A DNA stretch of 64,000 nt from Lingula anatina (lineage: Eukaryota > Animalia > Brachiopoda): NCBI GenBank assembly GCA_051362555.1, contig CM120649.1, positions 8,246,001-8,310,000 on the forward strand. Direction: 5' to 3'. Numbering within the stretch: position 1 is the first letter of the stretch; each line of letters starts with the position of its first letter. Shown one piece after another: positions 53,815 through 64,000 of the stretch. Under the pieces are notes generated by a model. That model saw only the letters and a program-made list of their open reading frames with translations, ran no database searches and was not told where the DNA came from. The position numbers and the translations under genes are program-made.

Positions 53815-55839
53815 TTGACTTTTACCATGGGATATTTCAGTTTCAAAGGGATGCCTAGGTAAAAGTGCTTTGTTTTTTTCAAAACATTCAGATCTCATAT
53901 AACATATGTGAATTGAGAAGTGTGTAGTGAGGTGTGTCGCTGAATGGAGAAGTGTGTAGTCAGGTGTGTCGCTACCAATTAACTGACTACCATGCCTGTA
54001 ACACTGCTGCATTACGTAATTATTTTTCACACATTAACATTTTAAGTTCCTTTTATATGCCATGGAACTGAATCATGTCGCCGTCTCTGTAGCTGTCCAA
54101 CACATGGCGTTCGCCCCATAATTGCAAACCCTATTTTTGTTTTACTTTAAATTTACTGAGTGGCTTTGTTTAGTAGAGTGGCAGGTTGCTTTGGAAAATT
54201 GGCACGATCAGTCTACATTTACGGTATTATTTTCACAATTTTGGTGACGTTCGCCCCGTAACTTCCAAATCGTATTTTTAGTTTAATTTAAATTTACTGA
54301 GTGGCTTTGTTTGGCAAAGAGACATGTTGCTTTCGAAAAAGGTAGCATGAATTAATTACATTTACGGTAATTAGTCTGTTTATTTTGTGTGTGTGAATTT
54401 TTGTTTATTTTTCACACAGCATTTTCAGTACCTTTTATATCCATGGAACCGAATCACTTGCTAGTTTTTCAATGTCCATGTTACCTGCAGTACATTGTGT
54501 ATAATAGGAAAGAGTGATTATGCCGTTTTTAAGTATTGTGTAACAGTGCATAAAATTGACCAAAACATTATTTGGTGCACTTTTTTCTGCGTGATGTCTG
54601 AACATTTGTCAACTTTGCAGCCCTGTTTCCTGTATGATGTCTGTATATTTGTCAGCTTTGCTGTCTAGTTATTTCATAACCAAGCTCGTTTCTTTCATAC
54701 GTAACCGACTTATTTAATGATTCTTGGAAAGCCGGGAATCTTCTCAACCTGATAAATCTCATGTTCACGAAAACATTATTATTGTCTTTAGTACACGCAA
54801 TGCATGCAAGGGATTTACACATAGTGCATGTAATGTGATTGGTGTCAAAAATTCACTTCCCCGGCAACAGTTGCTAAGCAACACTTTGAAATTTTGGGAA
54901 CTAACCTTGAAAATGATCAGCATTGTCTAATGAACATATGTGCCTAGTTTGGTGCTTTTTCCACCTTCTGAGCAATTTTGATCATATATAGCACTGATCA
55001 TCTAGACTAACACCAAATTAATTAATTCCCTTTTTCAACAATCCCTATTAAAGGATTTAAGACAGACCATCAGAATGGCTTAAACGGAGCATATTCTTCA
55101 GAAAACATGCCCAACTAATGATTTCTTTATATACAAATTGGAAGTTCATATTGTAAATATTGAGCTTTCCAAATGTGTTCTTTTTGCTTAGTCTGGAGTT
55201 GATGAGTTACGAGGTCACATGGTTTGGCGACGTCACACAAGCCACAGGGGGAGAGAGCATCTACTGACAAACAAACTAAAATTAGCTGAACAATATGTTA
55301 GAATGCTGTCACATTCTATGTCATAACCAAGCTCATTTCTTAATCTCCTTTAATAACTGGCTTATTTTATGGTTCTGGGAAAGTCTGAAATATTATCGAC
55401 CGCCTCCTGATATATCTCCCGTTTTGACCAAATATATATTCTTTACAGAGACAATGAATATTTACCAGCAGGATTTCAGATACTCATAAATGAACGCACG
55501 AAGGAGATAATTTCATTTTCAGGACTGCATCATTTAGACTCTGACAATGAACTGTTTTCAATCCTCTGCTTTGGGGTCGCTATTGTCTAATTTCAAACAG
55601 GCAGCTATGCCCAAGTCGATAAAATGAGCCGGTTGTTGGTCATGTTTTTCAATTTTATTTATTTCATTGCATTTTATCTCAAATTCATTTAGTGCTGTTT
55701 ATGGAAGTACATGTATCAGTGAGATATAAGATGTGCATTGAAACCATATGTATAATAAGTGAATTAGATAAAGCCTGAAAATTGTATTACATGATTTAGT
55801 GCTCAGCTAACTAGTAATTATTATGATAAGTATTACTAC

Positions 55840-55873
<34 letters not shown>

Positions 55874-56299
55874 TGCAACCACACATATATCAGTTATTTT
55901 AACTACAGACTTGACATTTAAAATGGAATATTTCAGTTTCGAAGGTATGTCTAGGTAACAGTGCGTTCTTTTTCAAAAAACTCCGATCTCATATACGATA
56001 TATGAACGGAGAAGTGTGTAGTCAGGTGTATCGCTACCAATTAACTGACTACCATGTCTGTTGGGCTGCAGCATTATGTAATATGCAGTGATTTAATTGG
56101 GTGGTGCTCTTTGGGCTGGTCAAAGCTAGGCTTTGGCAAAGCATGGTTCTGTTAAAAAAAGTATCCATATGTCGGCAACTACTGAATAGAAGAATTTGGA
56201 ATTTTGCATGCAAGCGGTCGGTTTTGCAGTGCGTAAAATGAGTCAAGTAGTGCTTTAAAATTTTGTTAATCTGTGGCAGAATGGCACGAAAAAGACAGA

Positions 56300-57250
56300 C
56301 ATTGCCAGACAGATTATAGCGCCAAATGGAAAGGTCCGCACAGTTTTAATGAGTAATGCCCAGATTGATGTACCTACACAGAGGTCACACCCAATGTATA
56401 GAAAACTCACCACCAGGGTACAGGACTCACTGTCTTTCGGTATGTGCTGCTGCAACTAAACAAAAACCACCCAGTTCGTTCAGAATGAGGGGAAATTGCC
56501 ACCCAAACGCGTTTTACAAGGCCCCTAGCGAACACCAAACTGGTTTTAGCAGATTAGAATACCACACAACCTCCAAGGAACCCACTGTAAACAGCAAAAA
56601 ATCGTCGTCTGTTTCTCTAATGAATTGGGGACCATTACCGTTTCTGGGTAGAACACTGAAACCGCGTGACTTTGTTTATTGAGGTCAGATTTCACCTGCA
56701 CCGCCCAACTAGTCAAAACAAATCCAGAAGAGACCTACGACGATGCGCGTACCGTGTCTAAAGTGATTAGGGTCACTGACAGCGTCAGTATTAGGAGTGG
56801 ATACCACATTGGTGCCAAAACACCAATGGTAGTCATCGACGAAAACCTGCACCAGATCAAATAAAGGAATAATCTGGGAAACACTTGGCTATCATTTGAT
56901 AGGGGGCACCTTAGGAACAATTTTAGGTTGCACGGTGAGATTGTCCGTTCACACAGAGCACTTTTAATAGCAGATAACTTACAGAACCAAGGGAATGAGC
57001 AGCTACCTTGGTCATCAAAATCGCAACATTTCAACCACATAGACAATAAGTAGGTAGGCCATTACTCGCCGAATCAACGCGCTACATGTTCTACAACAAA
57101 ACTGGACCCAATTGGACAAGTTTTGACCGATGCCTGGAATGTTATTCCAGATTGAACTCTAAAAAAACTTTCCCAAGGAATGCCTTGTCGCTTGAGAGCG
57201 CTGGTAGCAGCCAAAAGAGTTCAGGTGTAACAGCGACCGTTGCTATGACT
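56300..57250 (+). mobile_element. Degenerate Tc1/mariner transposase fossil
   Basis: SVSIRSGYHIGAKTPMVVIDENL resembles the Tc1 SVMVWGGI..GRTPLVVIDGNL motif. IVRSHRALLIADNLQNQGNEQLPWSSKSQHFNHID resembles NARPHRA...LPWPAKSPDLNPIE. QVLTDAWNVIP follows. Stops are present and the boundaries are approximate. Confidence 0.7.
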
Positions 57251-59953
57251 AGACACTGACATGAGGGTCATTAGTGGAGCGTGTAACTCTTTTATAGACG
57301 ATTATTTGGAAAATATGGAGATCCAAAATATCTATTTAAATGGATGTCGTATGACATAGAATAGGCAATGTATTTCTGTTTGCTTCACTGGCTAATTCAA
57401 TCAATGAACTGAGGTCACCATGAGATGAGAGGGATAGTAGAAAGTTATTAAAACACGATTTTAATCCTTATTTTCATTTATCAGTCAGCAAGATAGGAAA
57501 AAACTGATGAAAAATTATTTGGAAAAAAATATTCCATATTAAATGTCAAGTCTGTACATATAGTACTATCTTGGGAATTGATTGGTACAACAGAGGAGTT
57601 GGTTTTACCCCTTTAATTTCCGAGATAAAGTGTTTTTGTCAATGGTTAGTTCCTGCAAAGTAGGATTGGGCACAATCAGGGATATGTCTTGAGCAATTGG
57701 TGTCTGAGTGTGGTATTTTTACGCATCACCACCGCGATATGGAAATGCGGGTTCTGTTCATTTCCATATCACTTCTTGTTGTTGTTGTTTTTTTGTTTTT
57801 TTTTTCACTTTGGTTGTGCTACTGACACACAAACAATAAGCGGAAAAGTATGTTAAAATGATGTCACTTTCTATTTCATAACCAAGCTCATTTCTTAATC
57901 CCTGTCAATAATTAGCCTGTTTTATGGTTTTCGGAAAGTCTTATCGACCACCTCCTGATATATCTCATATTTTGGCCAAATATATATATTCTTAACAGAG
58001 ACATTGGTTATTTACCAGTAGGGATTCACAAACTCGAAAACCTACACATGAAGAAGATAATTCCGTTGCCAGGATTGCATTATTTAGCATATTCTGACAT
58101 CAATCTGTTCTCCATTCTCTGATGTGGGGGCGCTTCTATTGGATAAGTTTCAACGGGCAGCTATGACCAAGTCGATAAAATGAGCCAGTTGTTGTTCATG
58201 CTGTTCAATTTTATTTATTTCATTGGATTTAATATAATATTGATTTAGCTGTGTTTGTGAAATTACGAATGCAATACATGAAATGTATTGAGATCTTGTA
58301 TATTTATATATGTAGATTAGATATAGTTTGTATACGTCGTTGTAATATATGAATTTAGTGATCAATTAACTAATAATTATTATTAGTAGTAATACTACTA
58401 TCATTATGATCATAATTATTTTTCTGTTATGATGTGATAATGAAGATGCAAACATGTTTCGCGTAAAAGGTATTTTAACTCCGAATTAATAGCTTATAGA
58501 GGCATTTATTGGAATAGAAAGGTGCAGCGGAAGATTTTTCGTTACACCCTTCCATTTTCGAGAGAAAGTGTAGAATGAAACTAATTTCCAGGTCAGTTGC
58601 TGAAAAGGTGGACTTGGTATGAACATATATAAGTTTTGAGTAATCGCTGTCTTGACAACGGTATTTAAGGCATCGTCATTAGTATATGACAATGCTGGTT
58701 TTGTTCACTTCTTTATCACTTCTCCTTTTATTACTTTGGGTATTTTCTGCTACTGAGACACAAACGACTATCTTAACTGTAAATGTTATACTGACGTTCA
58801 TTTTCATTTCATGACCAAGCTCATTTCTTTAAGCAATCGACTTATTTAAGGATTTTAGGAAGCCGGAAATCTTATTAACCGTCTCCTAATAAACCTCATG
58901 TTTACGAAAACATTATTATTGTCTTTAATGCATGCAATGCATGCAAGGCATTTACAGAACAAAATAATTAATTGCTTTTTATCCTTATTAATAACGAACA
59001 TACTGTATATACAATCCAAAACTTTCGAGCAAACCAATATTTAAAACCTGCTTTTTAGTTAATGATTTCTTTTTAGCATCTTCATTACGTCTGTGACTCA
59101 AATATGAAAAATTTCAAAGTTATAATTTGTCAGCAGGTTTCTATATATTTTATAAATCTTGCTAAAAATAAATAACACTACCATTCTTTTCGGTAGAGAT
59201 TCATGAGTCATATTAAACACGCGTGTGTTGCATTTGATCTTCGAGGCCTCTTTTGTAGGTGATTGTCGTTCATTTTGAGGTTGGCGGAGATGAAAAGCAT
59301 GTAATCAAAAAAATCTGCCTTATATAAGGGTTAAGGTGCACTGTATGTATTTAAACGCTATTTTACAATAAATGCTTGCCTTCACAAAACTCATTTCAAG
59401 CAACATGAAGTCGCCTCTTTAATATCGGAAATCGTTCGGTTTTTCTGTTCAGATGATAAGTGCTGATGTCCACATTTTTCAGACCTGTAAACGGATTTAG
59501 AGAAATCTTGCCGTGCCTCTGTGAAAAACTGTGGAGAGCAGACAAGGGATTATCAGAAACCCCTAAATATATTTTGTATCTTATTTATGGCTACTTCCGT
59601 AACAATACAGGTATAATCTATTTAGGAATTCCATCGCCTCTGTGTTTATGTAGCCAGTTGGTCAGAAGGATGTGTTGCATGATCTTTAATTTGATTCAAC
59701 AATGTCATTGTATCAACTGTATGACAGCTATGTTGTTGATTCGGCTCGTGGAGAATTGTGCTGGAGTAGTGGTTGTAGTACATGCTCTATGTCATAAGCA
59801 AATATCATCTTTCATTTAGAAACTTTACATGGGGCTCGAGTTCGTTCTCCTTATGTGTTCACTTGCATATATGTACATGTAGATACCGAACGGTGGGCGT
59901 GTTGAACTTCAATCGTGATCAACCGGGAGGTTAAGTATATGCGTGTGTGGGGG

Positions 59954-60091
59954 TGGGGGGGGGAGGGGATCCATGCGTTTCCTTCTATTTTTCAGGGACA
60001 GCATGTAGTGTCAAATATGCTGGGGGGGGGGGAGGGGATCCATGCGTTTCCTTCTATTTTTCAGGGACAGCATGTAGTGTCAAATATGCTG
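59954..60091. repeat. 69-bp near-perfect tandem duplication
   Basis: ccatgcgtttccttctatttttcagggacagcatgtagtgtcaaatatgctg at 59971 and 60040, each preceded by a G-run. Confidence 0.95.
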
Positions 60092-60981
60092 AATTTATTA
60101 TCACCGTGGCTTAGATTTCTTTTGGACCCTTTTTCTACCTACATATTTTTCTTTCTTTTTGATTCGGCATCTTTTGTGGTAAAGATCTGTGATAACAGAA
60201 CAAAAACAATCCAAAAACTCAGTGCTGGATTCAAGTACCTTGACGTCCTACTTCTAACTTCGGGATGTGCTGTTTGTTTTTCATGTGATTTGACTAAGGA
60301 AACCCTACCTGTGAACAATGTATGTGTGGAAATAGGAGACAAATAAAACTAATATACCTAGTGTCGAAGGAATTTCTTATGGTAGTAAAAAGTTTTCATT
60401 TATGATAGATCCAGAATTTTTTGATTTACCTGTTGACTGTTTCGTCTGTTCACTCTTCACTGTTCACTCACGATGAAACTATTTTCGCATTTGAATTTCT
60501 TATGGCTTAGGCCAGAGCTCCATCTTTTGAACAGTGAAAAAAAGAAAATGAAGAAAATGATAAAAGATAAAAAGCGAAGAATTGAAATTAGATAGGGACA
60601 CCCACGAACAAAATAGCATCACGTAAAAAGAAGAAAATTTTGACGCTAGTCTTAATATTTCATATAGAGTTAGATAAATTGTACTCTTTTCACAAGCATC
60701 GATGTAAATTCAACAAATGGCAATGGATATCAACAGTAACGAACATGAGCTTATCTGGTATGGTTTGTATTAATTAATGTAATCGGCTCGACGCTCTCTG
60801 GGCAAATTTTCAACGACTTTGCCTAAGATATTTGTCTCTAAGTGACGCACGTCTTCGTCACTGAAAGTTTTATTTATGCTAGAGGACAGGAGGCAATTGA
60901 AATATTACGCCAAACACCTATGCAGCGGCTCATTTGATAAACGCAATCACGTGATTAGGTAGTTCCATGCAAGATCGGAGC

Positions 60982-60988
60982 TATAAAG
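60982..60988 (+). promoter_or_regulatory. TATA-like box upstream of the Cys-rich gene
   Basis: TATAAAG 70 nt upstream of ATG 61052. Confidence 0.5.
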
Positions 60989-61051
60989 CAGTCGACATCT
61001 AACGGCAACGGTTGTTCTGGCACTGGAAATACACTCGCGACACAAGATGCC

Positions 61052-62405
61052 ATGGGGTTCACAGTGAAAGTTAAATCTTCGTATCATTTCCTTGCCAACA
61101 GAAGAAAGGCTATGCGTATGCGCCTAACGATTCTTGTCGGTTTTTACGGTGTATGTTGCTTTGGATTCCTTGCAAGGAGCGTGCAATCTACCGACCACCA
61201 TATGCCTGATGTGATGATCGACGATAGCGGGAGAGTCCAAGCGACATCGGCACACATTCACCCGAATACACCCACGTGCGGCAAAGCTTACTACTCACGC
61301 ACAGGCACCTTTAAAGGTGATTTCACATTTATTGTTTATTGTTCTTGCGAGCCGTGGTGTTTTTTAACCTCGAATTGCTGTAACAGGACCGTTGTGACAT
61401 GCCCTTCCGGTAACCGTATTGACATCGAAGCCACCGGTCCAACTGATACCCGTGATCCCGATAATGTCCGAACAGTGAGTACCCCGGCTACGTTTACTGC
61501 CCCTCAGTCACCAACCGTTTTAACACCAGTTCGCCAATCAGATGCATTTGTCGAACAGAATGTCTCAGACGTAGCTCAATCGCAGAATGATTCTGCATTG
61601 CTAACTGCATCTATCTCATCAACCAACCTCTCGGCAAACGTGTCAGAAACGACAGAGAGAAATCACTACGGTATACACGTGACAAGCGAGCGGATGGCAA
61701 ACGAACCGACTTGGCATGGTTTCTACACCGAGAAGAAGTACTCATCTTGCCGCACGGTCCCTTTCCTTTGGCTAAACTGGATACCCAGGCCTTCTTTCAA
61801 GCTCAACAACCACGAGTTTGTGCGTATGGTGGACAGGTGTCCCCAAGAAAGACCCTTTGACGAAATCGAACTCCGTTGCACTTCGTATCAAGCAGATGGG
61901 CCAAGTCCGCAAGAAGCAAATTTCCTCTACCGTCAACCGGTTGTTGACCCCCGTACCAAGATCTCGTACAAGAACACATACTGCGCAGCGTGCCACGGGC
62001 TGTCAAGAGGTGCTACAGAGCCGTATGCACTCCGTGTACTATGTAAATGGACAGGGGCGGATCACTTCCTTTCCTGTAATTCTGTTGGGTGTATAGTGGA
62101 AAGACTGTCGAAAATCACCACTAGGGATTGTGCAACGAAATTCGAACCGCGTTTCCCGTACATTCTCAATTACTGTTTTCCAGAGTTCAGTGTAAGTCCC
62201 AGTCGGACATGTATGTTTGGACTGATGAATGGAACTTTGTCCTCTAAATCGAATCAGGATGTGTCTGCAGAGGCTCTGGCACTGCTTCTCGAAGAATGCA
62301 AATCGTATACAAACGTACTGCAAGTAGGGAAGACAAGGTACAAGAATTATCACTGCATGATGTGCATCGACGGAGCACAAGTTTCGCCCAGTAGGACATG
62401 TAATG
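61052..62405 (+). CDS. First coding exon of a Cys-rich secreted or receptor protein (somatomedin-B-like plus YKNxYCAxC modules; resembles invertebrate adhesion/methuselah-like GPCR ectodomains); gene continues past the window
   Basis: 453-codon ORF ending at donor G|gtaagt (62405). Signal-like MRLTILVGFYGVCCFGFLARSVQS (start may be 61112), CSCEPWCFLTSNCC, S/T-rich linker, MVDRCP...PVVDPRTKISYKNTYCAACH and YKNYHCMMC. Confidence 0.8.
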
Positions 62406-64000
62406 GTAAGTGAAATCTTCCCGATCTTGACTGCATAGATTAATTTTGATGATTAAGGGTGAAATATATTTAGTACCACGAGGGCTATATGTTATGACAA
62501 TAAGATTATTTGACATATTTTGTGCATGTAGTGATATCGCTGATTTGTAAATAGGGCGACAGAATGGTTGAACGATAACATGCAATGGGGTTAAAATAGT
62601 AAAGCATAGAGATCTTAAAATTTATTTGTTAAGTTACATGTTAGTAATATTCATATATCACAAAAATTCTTGAAAACCCTGGGTTTACAAAAATAAGCAT
62701 GTATATCAATGCATGTATATGAATGTTGCAACGGAAATATGGACAATGATGCTTTCGAAAGAGAATTGGAAAATGGTTTGAACATTATCTGTAGAATTAA
62801 CTGAGCAGATGCCTGTTGTAAGGGGTGGACTATAGGTTTTGTCTAAGTGGGGGTAGTACACTGAATATATGGTCCATTTAACATTTAATTTTATTAAAAG
62901 TAGAGTGTTTGTCCAAATGTAACTTTACTAACATCAGCCTCGCGCCTTAAGTCACTGAAAAATAACTACTAGCTGCATCTGTTCTGGCACACACAAACAC
63001 ACACACACACACACCAAACGTAAGCGGAATAAAATTTAAACCTTCGGTACTGAGGCTCGCAGCACCATCTCACGTTCTCCAATCGAGCTAGTTTATTTTT
63101 ACTAAAGTAGAAAATTTATAACTTGTCATGAAAGCAGTATGATGCCTTACTACTCAAAAATTGCGTAGAATGTTTATTTTACATTAAATAAAGCAAATAG
63201 CTTGCGGCCACTTTCGCGGTATGGCCCGGTTTTTAGAAATTGAAAAAAATCCGTGTCGTCTTTTTCTGCAGATCATAATATTTAGTTTTTTTGTGTTTTT
63301 GTTATATTTTAACCATTGAAATAATAATGAAATCTTCCAATACAGTTACGTCCATGATTAGCAAGGCGATATGGTGACAGGGAACAGTCAAAGGATTTAC
63401 ATGAAAGGCGACAAAACTGCATTCTTTTCAAAAATAATTTGCAAAACCTTTGTCACTAGGCATTGCGAAAAATATACTTTAAGTTGAAGATAAAATGAAT
63501 CAGCAAATAAACATCTCGTAATACCCCTTTGGCACATTCTAATTTTGTTAGCATTATAGGAACGTGCAAATATTATCCAAAAGGGTTTAATTTTAAAACC
63601 TTTGTTACTAAAACTTTCCACGTGAATCGGATGTTTGCATGGTTACACAATAGCTAGATTTATTACACAGTTTAAGAAAAAGTACAATTCGCGCATATAT
63701 TTTTTCTTCAATCTTCGCTTTTCTGTGTTCTTCAAATGGACCTATATTTTGAGAATCAAGGTTTAGCTAAAATGCATGCTAAATTCACTAAATGAGTAAC
63801 AATAAGCATATATGCTCTAAAAAAACTTCGCAAAGGATAGCATCAGACACGTTCATGCTCTTGATTCTTGCATTCAATAGAAAAACTATTTCAAGCATTT
63901 GTGGGGATGTGATCCGAGTGAACGTATAACGAATTTCAACTGTTCTGTTTATTGACAAACTAAGGCTGCCAACTTTGCACGAGTAGCGCAAATATAAACA

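Larger units (their letters stand above)
52540..58960. repeat. Degenerate, locally multiplied segment (3-5 partial copies)
   Basis: cataaccaagc(t/c)c at ~52862, 54676, 55322, 57877 and a variant at ~58810. gagcaattggtgtctga...atggaaatgcgggttctg at ~52697 and ~57691, with a diverged copy at ~58640. Confidence 0.8.

Noticed and set aside
59915-60346. 143-aa ORF with an internal peptide repeat
   Set aside because: Explained by the 69-bp tandem duplication between G-runs; non-ATG start and no recognisable homology.

Overview
AT-rich, intron-rich animal genomic DNA, most consistent with a lophotrochozoan such as a mollusc (inferred from gene families and repeat types). Six protein-coding loci were reconstructed by hand from GT-AG splice sites and reading-frame phase: RPP38-like (-, 5 exons), an ependymin-related protein (+, 6 exons), RNASEH2B (+, 11 exons), an ANKRD34-like gene (-, single coding exon), a GT7 beta-1,4-Gal/GalNAc-transferase (+, 7 exons), and the first large exon of a Cys-rich somatomedin-B-like secreted or receptor protein that runs off the right end. 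At about 1.1-3.8 kb lies a diverged duplicate of the last two ependymin exons. Its splice sites and frame are intact, and it could be spliced in frame to an unrelated ATG exon in a CpG-rich patch, giving a candidate 58-aa chimeric gene; this is the most interesting lead. The rest is DNA-transposon material: a TTAA-flanked element with protein remnants, CAG-ended elements with 5- and 6-bp TSDs, Harbinger-type MITEs, a 3.6-kb TIR element carrying a 189-bp array, a Helentron-like element carrying a higher-order 146-bp array, and a Tc1 fossil. A decayed, locally multiplied segment occupies 52-59 kb. All homology calls come from recalled motifs; no database searches were run.
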